Assembly: GCA_903902515.1 (NCBI GenBank)
Contig: CAIUVD010000253.1
Span: forward strand, 1-57,117
Source of the DNA: an uncultured Planctomycetota bacterium
Lineage (GTDB): Bacteria > Planctomycetota > UBA11346
Length of the DNA: 57,117 nucleotides
Reading direction: 5' to 3'
The first letter of the stretch is position 1; each line of letters begins with the position of its first letter. This document shows positions 29,454-39,596 of the stretch, in pieces. The position numbers and the translations under genes were made by a program. Under the pieces are notes generated by a model. The model worked only from the letters and a program-made list of their open reading frames with translations, did not search any database and was not told where the DNA came from.

Positions 29454-30535
29454 CCGACCTCCAGATTGCCCCGGCCCTCGGCGCCCTCGACGGTGCGCCA
29501 GGTCACGGCCAGACGTTCGCCCACGCCCCGGGGGGCCGTGGCCCGCAGGACATCCAGGCGCGAGCGGATCACGTTGCCATCGATGGTGAGCAGGGTCGCC
29601 TGTTTCGGCACGCCTCCATGGCCCGCAGGACCGGGTACCTCGACCGCCGCCACCACCACCCGCCCACCCCGGTCCTCCACGGTCCAACCCAGCCAGGGCG
29701 TCCCCGGCAGGGGATGGCGAGCCAACCGCGCCGGCCGAACCCCCGTCGCCGTGGTTAGGTCGATCCGCAGGTCCGCCCGCCACACCCGGGCCACGGCCGC
29801 CGCCCGAACGGCCGCGGCCGATACCACCGGCCGACCGTTAGCGGCCAGGATGCGGATCCCCGCAGCATCCACCGGGCCCTCCGGGCCGTCGCGGACCACC
29901 TCATCGAGGACCGCCCGGGCCACGGTGCCCCGTTCCAGGGCTGGCAAGACCTCCCGCAGTTGGGGCGCGGCGATGGCGATGGCGATGCCGCTATTGGCCG
30001 CGAAGCCCGTGCGGCTGCGGATCTGACCGTTGATCCCGGCCAGGGCCCCGCCGTCGGCCAGGAACAGGCCACCGCCGGAGTTGCCGGGATTGACCGGCGC
30101 ATCCGAAAGAACCGCCAGGGGATAAGCCCCCCGGGCCACCAATCCGGTGGACAATACCCCATGGGTGACCGTCGGCCGATCATCCCAGTCCGCCAAGCCA
30201 AAGGGGTTGCCGATGGCAATCACCGCCCGCCCCGGCACCAGGTCGGCATCAGCGGCCAGGGTGGCCCCCGGTAGACCCGCCGGCGGCTCCACCAGCACCA
30301 ACAGGGACAGGTCCCCCACGGGATCCGTCCCCACCAGCCGGGCCGGCAGTTCCCGGCCATCCGTCAGGCGCACGGTGCAGCCCGGTGCCCAGGGCCGGGC
30401 GACATCCTCCGCCACATGGTGACAGGTGATCACTCGCCCGCCGGGCAGCAGCACCCCGGAGCCCCGAGCGACCACCACCGCCACGGGGTCCATGGCCATC
30501 GCAAGGGCGCTGAGCATCAGCAGGAGCAGGGGCAT
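29444..30535 (-). CDS. HtrA/DegP-like trypsin-family serine protease with PDZ-like C-terminus
   Basis: Signal peptide; GSGV, ITCHHV (His), GDLSLL (Asp), AIGNPFG and VNPGNSGG (Ser). Confidence 0.88.
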   Translation of the reverse strand: MPLLLLMLSALAMAMDPVAVVVARGSGVLLPGGRVITCHHVAEDVARPWAPGCTVRLTDGRELPARLVGTDPVGDLSLLVLVEPPAGLPGATLAADADLVPGRAVIAIGNPFGLADWDDRPTVTHGVLSTGLVARGAYPLAVLSDAPVNPGNSGGGLFLADGGALAGINGQIRSRTGFAANSGIAIAIAAPQLREVLPALERGTVARAVLDEVVRDGPEGPVDAAGIRILAANGRPVVSAAAVRAAAVARVWRADLRIDLTTATGVRPARLARHPLPGTPWLGWTVEDRGGRVVVAAVEVPGPAGHGGVPKQATLLTIDGNVIRSRLDVLRATAPRGVGERLAVTWRTVEGAEGRGNLEVGWR

Positions 30536-30631
30536 GGGGGGATCGTCCACAGGCCCCTGGCCCGGGAAGGCCCGACCCGGGCCAGGATCCCGGACTTCCC
30601 CCCTCACCTCGGGCCATATCCTGCCCCGTCT

Positions 30632-31249
30632 ATGCGCGCTTTCCTGCCCCTGCTGTTGGTCTTTTCCGCCCTCCTGACCCCCGCCCTGGTCGCCGCCGAG
30701 GCCACCAAGCCCGCCGCGCCCAAGATTTGCGTGCTGCGGCTGGAGGACGTGCTCAAGGCCAATAAAGAGTACCTGGACGGGATGGCTTCGTGGAAGAAGG
30801 ACCAGGAAACCATCGGCGCGACCCTCAAGGCCATCGATGAGAAGCTCCAGGACCTTGACGGCAAACTTCAGGTTCTGAAGTCGGACCATCCGAGCTTCGC
30901 CTCGTTCCAGGAAGAACTCGAAAGCCTCAAGCTGAAAAAGAAGCTGACCATCGACCGGGCCCGGGCCGACCTTGAAAAGCGCCAGGTGACCCTGGTGAAG
31001 AAGGTTTTCGCCCAGGTCCGGACCCAGCTGAGCACCTTCTGCCAAGAGCGCGGGATCATGCTCGTCCACCTGGCTCCGGATGGTGAACTCAACAGCAACG
31101 GCTTCAGCGACTTGCAGCTCGAACTCGGCATCAAGTCGGTGCTCTGGTACGACGCCAGCATGGACATCACGGAGGCCTTCATCCCGTTCATGAACGGCGC
31201 CCCCGGTGCGGTCGCCCCTGCCGCTCCCGTTGACGCCCCGAAGCCCTGA
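30632..31249 (+). CDS. skp: OmpH/Skp family periplasmic chaperone
   Basis: Signal peptide, KICVL strand, long coiled coil and VLWYDASMDIT; lies directly upstream of lpxD. Confidence 0.82.
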   Translation: MRAFLPLLLVFSALLTPALVAAEATKPAAPKICVLRLEDVLKANKEYLDGMASWKKDQETIGATLKAIDEKLQDLDGKLQVLKSDHPSFASFQEELESLKLKKKLTIDRARADLEKRQVTLVKKVFAQVRTQLSTFCQERGIMLVHLAPDGELNSNGFSDLQLELGIKSVLWYDASMDITEAFIPFMNGAPGAVAPAAPVDAPKP

Positions 31250-31255
31250 ACCCCC

Positions 31256-32308
31256 ATGCAGATCCGCGCCCAGGATGTGGCCGCCTTCCTTGGCGGCAGC
31301 GTGGTCGGCGACGCCGACACGCTCCTCTCCGGCATTGCCGGCCTCAATGAGGCCAAGACCGGCGATCTGTCGTTTTTGGCCAACCCCAAGTACGGCCCGA
31401 TGCTGGCCACCACCCAGGCCAGCGCGGTGTTAGTGGCGGAGGCCCGGGAGGGTATCCGCCCGGCGCAGATCGTGGTCGCCAATCCCGACCTCGCCTTTGC
31501 CAAACTGGTGACGGCCTTCGGCCCCAAACCCATTCACCCGGCGGTCGGTGTTCATCCGACGGCCGTCATCGGTGAGCGGGTCCAGCTCGGTGCCAACGTC
31601 CGCATCGGCCCCCAGGTGGTCATTGGCGACGATGCGGTAATCGGGGACGACACGGTCCTGTATCCCCAGGTGGTGATCGGTGCCCAGGCTCAGGTCGGGG
31701 CAGACTGTGTGCTCTACGCCCACGCCAGCGTCCGCGAGCGCTGCCGCCTCGGCTCCCGGGTCATTCTCCAGCCCGGGGCCGTGATCGGCAGCGACGGTTT
31801 CGGCTACGCCCTCCAGGACGGCAAACATACGAAGATCCCCCAGGTTGGCATCGCGGTCGTTGAAGATGACGTCGAAATCGGCGCCAACACCACCATCGAC
31901 CGGGCCCGCTTCGGCAAGACCCGGATCGGCGCCGGGACCAAAATCGACAATCTGGTGCAGATCGCCCACAACGTCGAAACCGGCAGCCACTGCATCATCG
32001 TCGCCCAGGTGGGCATTGCCGGCAGCACCCGCCTCGGCAATTACGTGACCCTCGGCGGCCAGGCCGGCATCACCGGCCACATCACCATCGGCGACCAGGC
32101 CAGTGTCACCGCCCAGTCCGGCGTCTCCAAGAGCATCCCGCCCAAGGCCATCATGCGCGGCAGCCCGGCTCAAGAGTTCAAAGCCTTCCAGGCCCAGGAG
32201 GTCCACCTTCGCCGCCTGGGCACCACCCAGCAAACCGTGAAATCCCTCGAACAGCGGGTCGCCGAGCTGGAGGCCCTGGTGAAGAAACTGACGGAGAAGG
32301 CGGGATGA
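31256..32308 (+). CDS. lpxD: UDP-3-O-acyl-glucosamine N-acyltransferase
   Basis: LSFLANPKY, hexapeptide repeats, [18 protein letters not shown] and [11 protein letters not shown]. Confidence 0.97.
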   Translation: MQIRAQDVAAFLGGSVVGDADTLLSGIAGLNEAKTGDLSFLANPKYGPMLATTQASAVLVAEAREGIRPAQIVVANPDLAFAKLVTAFGPKPIHPAVGVHPTAVIGERVQLGANVRIGPQVVIGDDAVIGDDTVLYPQVVIGAQAQVGADCVLYAHASVRERCRLGSRVILQPGAVIGSDGFGYALQDGKHTKIPQVGIAVVEDDVEIGANTTIDRARFGKTRIGAGTKIDNLVQIAHNVETGSHCIIVAQVGIAGSTRLGNYVTLGGQAGITGHITIGDQASVTAQSGVSKSIPPKAIMRGSPAQEFKAFQAQEVHLRRLGTTQQTVKSLEQRVAELEALVKKLTEKAG

Positions 32309-33594
32309 GCGTTCAACGCACCATCGCCCGCGAGGCCAGCGTCACCGGCGTCGGCCTGCACTCGGGCGAAACCTGCACCCTGACCTTCAAGCCCGGCCTG
32401 GCCGACCGGGGGATGGTCTTCATCCGCGCCGACCTGCCGGGAAGACCGGCCATCACCAGCCATCCCGACCGCCTGTGCCAGCGCCAACGCCGCACCGCCC
32501 TGGCCGAAGTCATCGACGGCCATGAGGTCGAGGTCCACACCACGGAACACCTCCTGGCCGCCTGCCAGGGCCTGGGCATCGACAACCTCGTCATCGAACT
32601 GACCGCCGTCGAACTGCCGGGCCTGGATGGATCCGCCAAGGATTTTGCGGATTGCCTGCGCGGTGCGGGGATCGTCGAGCAGGACGTGGAACGCCGGACC
32701 TTCGATGTCACGACCCCGGTCTCCATCAGCGACGGCAAGAGCAGCATCGTTGCCCTGCCCTACGCCAACGGCCTCAAGATCACCTACACCCTGGACGATC
32801 ACGGCGGGGCCCTGGGTGGTGCCCAGATCGTCGAAGTGGAACTGACCGAGGAATCTTTCGCCACCAAGATCGCCCCGGCGCGCACTTTCTGCATGGCCAA
32901 GGAAGTCGAGATGCTGCGGGCCCTCGGTCTCGGCAAAGGTGCGACCTACCAGAACACCTGCGTCTACGACGGCGACCGGCTGATCGATAACACCCTGCGC
33001 TTCAAGGACGAGGCGGCCCGCCACAAGATCCTCGACCTGATCGGCGACCTGGCCCACTGCCGCCGCCGCCTGAACGCCCACATCATCGCCGTGCGCACGG
33101 GCCACCGCGAGAACATGCTCCTAGTCCAGGAGCTGAACCGCCGGATCGCCGAAGCCGAACGGCCCAAGGTCGCCTTCGACATCCAGGCGATCCTCGGCAA
33201 ACTGCCCCACCGCTACCCCCTGCTGCTGGTCGACCGGATCCTCGAATACGTCCCGGCCAAGCGCATCGTCGGCCTCAAGAACGTGACCTTCAACGAACCG
33301 TTCTTCCAGGGTCACTTCCCCGGCCGCCCGGTGATGCCCGGCGTCCTCCAGCTGGAAGCCATGGCCCAGGTGGCGGCCGTTCTATTGCTGACCGAACAGG
33401 ACAGCGGCGGCAAGATCCCCTACTTCATGAGTGTCGACAAGGTGAAGTGGCGCCGCCCGGTGGTTCCCGGTGACCAACTGCGGATCGAAATCGACACCGT
33501 GCGCATCCGCGCCAGCCTAGCCGCCTGCACTGGCCGCATCCTGGTCGATGGCCAGGTGGTGTGCGAAGGTGAACTCCGTTCGATGCTGGTCTGA
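32305..33594 (+). CDS. lpxC-fabZ: Bifunctional LpxC deacetylase / FabZ dehydratase fusion
   Basis: LpxC motifs [29 protein letters not shown] and [10 protein letters not shown]; FabZ motifs [13 protein letters not shown] and [22 protein letters not shown]. Confidence 0.96.
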   Translation: MSVQRTIAREASVTGVGLHSGETCTLTFKPGLADRGMVFIRADLPGRPAITSHPDRLCQRQRRTALAEVIDGHEVEVHTTEHLLAACQGLGIDNLVIELTAVELPGLDGSAKDFADCLRGAGIVEQDVERRTFDVTTPVSISDGKSSIVALPYANGLKITYTLDDHGGALGGAQIVEVELTEESFATKIAPARTFCMAKEVEMLRALGLGKGATYQNTCVYDGDRLIDNTLRFKDEAARHKILDLIGDLAHCRRRLNAHIIAVRTGHRENMLLVQELNRRIAEAERPKVAFDIQAILGKLPHRYPLLLVDRILEYVPAKRIVGLKNVTFNEPFFQGHFPGRPVMPGVLQLEAMAQVAAVLLLTEQDSGGKIPYFMSVDKVKWRRPVVPGDQLRIEIDTVRIRASLAACTGRILVDGQVVCEGELRSMLV

Positions 33595-33595
33595 C

Positions 33596-34069
33596 ATGAC
33601 CCCCCGCACCGTCGCCTGGGCCTGGCTGGTGCATGGGATCCTGGTGGTGGTACTGGCGCTCATGCTGGAGCCGATGGCCGATCAGGTGCAGTCCGAGGCG
33701 TGGGCCGACGCCATGAGCCTGCTGGGAGCGGGAACCTTCATCCCGCCCCTTCAGGCCGTCATGCCGCCCCTGGCAGCCCTCGCCCCCTTGGTGGCCGGGG
33801 TTGGAGCCGCTTGCGTCATGGCCGCCGTCGTGGCCTTCCGCTGGGGATTGCGCTGGCCCCTCCAGACCGTGGCCGTGGCCCATCTTGTTCTGCTGCCCCT
33901 CGCCACCTGGTGGACCCGCCGTCAGGTCGAGGCGGTGTGGCCGGCGACCACTGGGGAACTCGTGGCGGAATGGGTGACGACCGTCCTGTGCCTCGTGCCG
34001 GTGGTGGTGGGAATGGTGGTCATCCACCGGGCTCGGCCGGCGACGTCGGCGAAACCCGCGCCGCCTTGA
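33596..34069 (+). CDS. Small four-TM membrane protein of unknown function
   Basis: Starts 1 nt after the lpxC-fabZ stop; four hydrophobic stretches. Confidence 0.65.
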   Translation: MTPRTVAWAWLVHGILVVVLALMLEPMADQVQSEAWADAMSLLGAGTFIPPLQAVMPPLAALAPLVAGVGAACVMAAVVAFRWGLRWPLQTVAVAHLVLLPLATWWTRRQVEAVWPATTGELVAEWVTTVLCLVPVVVGMVVIHRARPATSAKPAPP

Positions 34070-34208
34070 GGGATCTCGTACCGCGCTTCGTGGTCGGCAT
34101 GAGGCCGACGGTCCAGCTGCCAGGGATGGCTGGCTGACATCACTAGCATAGGCGCCACGATGGCCGCCGTTTGACGGCTCACCGGGCGGATCAGCCTACA
34201 CCACTTCT

Positions 34209-37200
34209 TTAGAGAACCCTCCGCCGGCGCCATGCGAGCAACGGAAGGACCAACCCGAAGAGCAGAGAGGCCAATCCATTTCCTGCCCCACAGGAACCGG
34301 ATGCAGAGTCGGGGACGACTTTGCCCTCTCGCGCGGCATCGAAGGTGAATCCCTGCTCGCGCATCACGGCACCAAAGGAGGTTTGGATCTTCACCTGGAC
34401 CGGGCCGGCAGCCTGCGTCGGAGTGACGCAGGTGCAGGTCTGCTCATCCACGAGGACCACCTGGGTTGCGGGAAGGTCACCAAAGGTGACCGAAGGCACG
34501 TCAACGAACTGGCCACCCGTGATGGTGACCATCGTTCCGCCTGTCGAAGGTCCGCTGGCAGGATGCAACGTTGTCAAAACAGGAGGACCGACGTAGCGAT
34601 AGCTCGCCGCCGCCTGAGCCGAACCCGTCGTTATCGTCACGGGCACAATGCCAGCCGTCCCAGCAGGCGTCCGGCATTGCACCGTGGCCGCATCAATCAC
34701 CACGACGTCCGTCGCAAGTGCCCCTCCAAAGCGCACCTCAGATGCTCCTGCCAACCCGGTGCCCACCACCGTCACGAGGGTTCCCCCCGCCGCGGCTCCC
34801 CGATCCGGTGATAGCTGGGTTACCGTAGGGCCTGGAGTCTCCTCGGCGACATACGCAAAACCATCAGCCTTGGTGAAGACCCCCTGGGTCGTGGTTAACG
34901 CCACATGCACTGCACCCGCAGCGTGAGCCGGCGCCGTGCACGTGAGCGAGGTTGCGCTCACGACCGTGACATTCGCCGCAGCAATCCCACCAAAAGTCAC
35001 CGCCGTGGTTCCGGTCAAATTGGCGCCCGTGATCGTGACCGTTGTGCCGCCAGATGCGCTGCCGCTGGCCGGACTCAACGATGAAATGGTCGGCGCTGCA
35101 TCAATGAACAATGACGCCGACTTCAGCATCTGTCGATCTCCGGCGACCAAGAAGAAGATTTTATACCAACCAGGATTCACGGGCACATCTTGGCTCCACA
35201 TGGATCCGATCTTTGGCAATCCACCATTGGCTGGGTCGCCTTGATATGCTCTGTAGAGTTTCATCCCACACACATTGCCGATGAGGTCGTTGAAGATATC
35301 CGGCTCCACATCCTGCGGCGATCCCAAATGGTTCAAAACATACTGACCTTGAACTTCGGCATTGAATGCGGTTGGCACAACAGGGACATAATCATAAATT
35401 TTATTGGGGGTAAGACGATTCACGGCGATTGGCATGTCGACAATTCTCGAAACGACCGGGGAGGTGCTCTGGGGCTCCTCCGTTATGATGTCTTCTTGCG
35501 ACTCGCTGTCGCCAAAGGACCCGAAACGCCCATCAATGGAGTTGTTAACAACCGATATTCCAGCCTCCGCATCAACATCCATGACTGCTCGTATGGTCGT
35601 GTTCCCCACGCGGAACTCGGAATCCGATATCCTAACGATAGGGAGAATTCCAGCCGTGGTATCCTTGCATTGAATGATGGACAGAAATCGCTTCGATCTT
35701 CCGGAATTCTGGGTGCATGAAATATTCATAGGCAACGGCGGATTGGGATCGTTGCCAAAATTGGTAGGCCTAACAAGGAATCCGGTAGTGGTTGATAATT
35801 CTATTGGCGACGACCCGAAAAATGCAATTTCCGCCGCATAAGGAACCACTCCGCGTGCAGCCGCCACAGAATATCCGTAACGATTATCTCCGGTTCTCGA
35901 CCACATTTTAGTTTTATCCGTGTGAAATCTTGCGGTCCAAGACTGCCGCTCTTCCTCGCTTTCCAAGTCGTCATAAATGACAATTAGGCCATCGTGCGTG
36001 TTAAGAATATGCCTATCAAATTTCTGTAATTTTTTATCGCCAAAATACAGTAATTTCTCCGCTTCAGTATATCTATTGTATAGCCATGCATTACCTAGGC
36101 GATAGCTATACTTGGCATCGCCTTTAACGTACGAAAGATTTCTTCCGGTGTAAAACCGTGCAATTCTTCCGTAGCTATCAGATCCAAATCCCTGGCCGCT
36201 TTCTCCGTCAATGACAATCCCATTATGGGCACGCGTTGACTTGTAGTCCCAGTATGAATGGGCGGCATTATCGTAATAGCCAACGGACCAGAATATCCTT
36301 TGATTTTTATATGCCAAGTTGAAGCAATTTTGGTTTGCGTGTGCATGGCTATACGCCCCAAACGGGCTCGACCTAAAAAAGAGAGCCAAATCACTCGAAC
36401 TCGTCAGGGCCCGAGTGTGCATGGTGACCTCGCCAATCTCAGGTGCGCATATCGCCTTCGGCAATTCACTTTCTTGCAGCATGGCCGGGAGAGGTTCATT
36501 GTTGATGTTCAATGCAATTTGCTGCATGCCGCTTAGCCACTGCCCCCTCTTCCGGACAAGCTCGCCAGCATAAGAATCACCATTGGAGTAAAACACAAAA
36601 TCAGCCAGCTTATCTCCGGTCGATCCAATTCTTTCATGCATGTCTCCAAATCCATTCGACAATGACGACGGATACGAGTTATAAAGAAGATACTTCGCTG
36701 TGTTTCTAAACCATGGAGTCCCCGATAAATCTGCCCCCAACGACTTTAAGTGAACGGCAATGTCAACCAATCCAATTGCTTCGAGTCCAAAATAACCGAG
36801 ACCTTGGGACCACCCACCGCCATTGCCGCTCGATGTGGGAGCTCTCGCCAAATAGACCCCTACCGAGTATTCAAAGCATTTTTTCATGTATTCCGGATTC
36901 TTGTTTTTCAGTGCCATTGCAACCATCATCAAGCACGATAGCTCCGTTTGCCAAAAGTGATTATCCGCCATCACCGCCTCACGATTATTGGGCCATGCAT
37001 TATACGCACCCTGGATCCAGTTTGTCATATAATTTTCATACCGCGCTCGCTCTTCGTCGCTCGATTCGTTGTAGGATGCGTCATACAATTCAGCCATAAC
37101 GGAAATTGTAAGACCGAGCACAAATCCACCAATAACGTTGGTGCCCGTCCCATTGCCGATATTCTTTTCGACCTCAGCCATTCTCCTCTTGGCCTCGTCC

Positions 37201-37865
37201 ATGTATTTTTGGTCGCCGCTCGCCAAATATCCGTAGATAAGCTCCCTGATTTTCCATGGTTGCTCTCCTGTGCCGGTAACCGGAGAGGCCATCGCTCTAT
37301 CTGCAGCTTCCGTAACTTTATTTTTAGAAGCAACCATTGAAGATGCGCGATTTCTAAAATCAGACAATGATGATCCCCAGGTGGAGAGAAATGGCTTTTC
37401 GTCGGGGATGTTTTCAAACAAGGCTCCAGGATTAATCTCTGGATACTCTACGGTTTTCTCCGTTATCCTAAAGGGAATCGTTTGACCAGTGACCACCGTC
37501 CCGTTCGCCGAAATGACCTTTAATCGCCAAAACCACGTCCCTCTTTGGAGCCTTATGTCTGGAACATAAAATGCATGCCGCGTGACACTCGAGTTCAGAG
37601 TGATCTCGGTAAAGCTTGGATCCTGAGAAACCTCCACTTGGTACCGCGCGCCAAGTGTGCGTGGCCACAAAAAGGCCGGCGGATTACGTGCCGATTCGTC
37701 ATTTAATCCGGGAGACATTCCCGTGCGCCAAACGAGATGATAAACCGCGTCAGGACGTTCAACTGCTTCAGAAAGACCGCTCAAGATCGTTACCGACGCC
37801 AAAAAGACGAGGGATGCGACAAGTCGCCCACTCGCGATCGTAAGAAGAAAAATACGACTAAACAT
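34209..37865 (-). CDS. Secreted DUF4962/heparinase II-III-like polysaccharide lyase (PL15-like) with three IPT/TIG domains and CGxG C-terminal sorting signal
   Basis: Signal peptide; NPPAFLWP, DNHFWQ, GGWSQGLGY, GFGD, FRSSPFGAYSHAHANQN and TRAHNGI; three PT...L.P..G...GGT.VT..G IPT repeats; tail GSCGAG-TM-RRRR. Confidence 0.88.
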   Translation of the reverse strand: MFSRIFLLTIASGRLVASLVFLASVTILSGLSEAVERPDAVYHLVWRTGMSPGLNDESARNPPAFLWPRTLGARYQVEVSQDPSFTEITLNSSVTRHAFYVPDIRLQRGTWFWRLKVISANGTVVTGQTIPFRITEKTVEYPEINPGALFENIPDEKPFLSTWGSSLSDFRNRASSMVASKNKVTEAADRAMASPVTGTGEQPWKIRELIYGYLASGDQKYMDEAKRRMAEVEKNIGNGTGTNVIGGFVLGLTISVMAELYDASYNESSDEERARYENYMTNWIQGAYNAWPNNREAVMADNHFWQTELSCLMMVAMALKNKNPEYMKKCFEYSVGVYLARAPTSSGNGGGWSQGLGYFGLEAIGLVDIAVHLKSLGADLSGTPWFRNTAKYLLYNSYPSSLSNGFGDMHERIGSTGDKLADFVFYSNGDSYAGELVRKRGQWLSGMQQIALNINNEPLPAMLQESELPKAICAPEIGEVTMHTRALTSSSDLALFFRSSPFGAYSHAHANQNCFNLAYKNQRIFWSVGYYDNAAHSYWDYKSTRAHNGIVIDGESGQGFGSDSYGRIARFYTGRNLSYVKGDAKYSYRLGNAWLYNRYTEAEKLLYFGDKKLQKFDRHILNTHDGLIVIYDDLESEEERQSWTARFHTDKTKMWSRTGDNRYGYSVAAARGVVPYAAEIAFFGSSPIELSTTTGFLVRPTNFGNDPNPPLPMNISCTQNSGRSKRFLSIIQCKDTTAGILPIVRISDSEFRVGNTTIRAVMDVDAEAGISVVNNSIDGRFGSFGDSESQEDIITEEPQSTSPVVSRIVDMPIAVNRLTPNKIYDYVPVVPTAFNAEVQGQYVLNHLGSPQDVEPDIFNDLIGNVCGMKLYRAYQGDPANGGLPKIGSMWSQDVPVNPGWYKIFFLVAGDRQMLKSASLFIDAAPTISSLSPASGSASGGTTVTITGANLTGTTAVTFGGIAAANVTVVSATSLTCTAPAHAAGAVHVALTTTQGVFTKADGFAYVAEETPGPTVTQLSPDRGAAAGGTLVTVVGTGLAGASEVRFGGALATDVVVIDAATVQCRTPAGTAGIVPVTITTGSAQAAASYRYVGPPVLTTLHPASGPSTGGTMVTITGGQFVDVPSVTFGDLPATQVVLVDEQTCTCVTPTQAAGPVQVKIQTSFGAVMREQGFTFDAAREGKVVPDSASGSCGAGNGLASLLFGLVLPLLAWRRRRVL

Positions 37866-38912
37866 GATGAAGCTTCTCCTGGGTGAGCCCCGGTAAGCGG
37901 TGTAAGGTTGCCGATGGATTCACGGATGATGAGTCATGGTTTCGCAATGACGGCGAGGATCGGCACGTCGGGAAGCCTCTGTCCCTGACGTGCCGAGACG
38001 GCAGCCAGCAAGGGCTTCGGCGTCATTTCCATTTGCGGTAAATGTGCCATAGCCGACGATCGAAACCGCTGTTGTTTGAGTCAGCAAGGTTCCATAAAAT
38101 TCACCGAGCGCAGCATTCGGCACAGACCACACATGGGCTGTCAGGCTTGCGATACGCACGGGAATACCTCCAGAGAAAGTAACGTTCACTTCGCTTTGTT
38201 TACGCGAGACAGCAGGCCATTACGCTCGAAAATCGCCTGCTGGTGACCTGATCAGGCTATAGGAGGGGGCATTAATGATCTCATCGAAGTGTTGTGCAAT
38301 TTACCTGCATACCCCCCAAGCACCCTCGCTTTCAACGATGCCGAACGTGGGAACCTGGCGGTGCAGATAGCGCAGGCGGAACCTGACGATTGAGACGCCG
38401 CTCCTCATCCCCATGTCGCGCAGCAACCGTGCCGGACGTGATCCATGACGATCGGGCGAGGAACGCCTCGTTCATCTTGAGGCTTGAGCTATTTTGCACG
38501 ATCACTGGCCGAGATCGGGTGGCCAGATAGTCCTCTTGTGCCAAGTGCGGATCGGCGGCTCCAGAAGCAAACAAGAGGCTCTGTCCGGCCGATTCCACGG
38601 AACTCTACGCGGCGTGCTTGCGTCAGATACCGAGCGGTCCACCCCACGCTGACGCTCCAGGCTGCAGGGGTGGATGGGAGGCTCACTTCACGTCACGGCA
38701 TTCTGTTTTTCGCACGTCGCTGCAGAGATGCACCGCGACGGAGCCCAACCAGGCTGGCGAAGGGGATTAAGCAGGAGTGAACTCGCCAAGACATCGTCTC
38801 AGGGGCAAATGCCTTCATGGGGCTGGGCTCTCCGTGGACGTCATCGAGTGCCCCCACGGACCAAACAACAATGCCGTGTGCTCAGGTTCGGCATGTATTC
38901 ATAGGAGGAATC

Positions 38913-39596
38913 GTGTCGGTACGGATCTTGGTGATTCTTCTCATGATGACTCACCTCCTCGCGGTGGATGTCCAATTGATCGTCGGCGGGATGCCGTCGT
39001 CAGGATCAGCGACATATACCTGGAGTGTGCTGTCCTTTCCCGATGGGGGGACCCCACCAATCCTGGCAACGACGACCACAACGACGGGCACCAATCGAGC
39101 GACCTTCGATCCGTCGGCACTTCCCGGCACCTACTGGTTTCAAGCCTCCATTCAGGATCGTTTTCCCAATCCCGTCCTAGCGCGCACGGCGGTTCAGGTG
39201 TCCAGACCACAGCAAACATCCTTTCCTGGGGGCGGGTCTCAGGTGATGACCTACCAGCCTTCGGCAATCCCGGATCTGGATCCAGGCGCAACGACCACGG
39301 CACCAGGGATGCGAGTCGTCTACCGTATTAAGGAAGGGACGGCGGCGGTGCTCGTCGGTCAGCGTCTTCGGCCGGTGGGGAGCGGGGCCGTGGTCGTTGA
39401 GGCGGATGTGGAGGACCATAGCCCCGTGCGGTACCGCGCTCATCCCGCGCATAAAACCTTTATCTTTACTGCTCAAGCCAATGACCGCATTGGGGATCTA
39501 GATAGCGATAAAGGCACTGGTGGGTGTGGTAGTGGCATGGGCGTCATGCTCCTGTTCGCCCTCCTGAGTCTCGTCCGCGTAAGGAGATCTCTGTGA
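38913..39596 (+). CDS. Small secreted Ig/PKD-like protein with CGxG C-terminal sorting signal and no catalytic domain
   Basis: AGGAGG at 38903-38908 before GTG 38913; 17-aa signal peptide; ATYTWSV...PGTYWFQASIQD; tail GGCGSG-TM-RVRRSL. Confidence 0.8.
   Translation: MSVRILVILLMMTHLLAVDVQLIVGGMPSSGSATYTWSVLSFPDGGTPPILATTTTTTGTNRATFDPSALPGTYWFQASIQDRFPNPVLARTAVQVSRPQQTSFPGGGSQVMTYQPSAIPDLDPGATTTAPGMRVVYRIKEGTAAVLVGQRLRPVGSGAVVVEADVEDHSPVRYRAHPAHKTFIFTAQANDRIGDLDSDKGTGGCGSGMGVMLLFALLSLVRVRRSL

Noticed and set aside
38205-38270. ACCTGATCAGGCTA resembling a TPP riboswitch core
   Set aside because: It lacks the upstream CTGAGA and the downstream GCGNAGGGA elements, and no thiamine gene follows.
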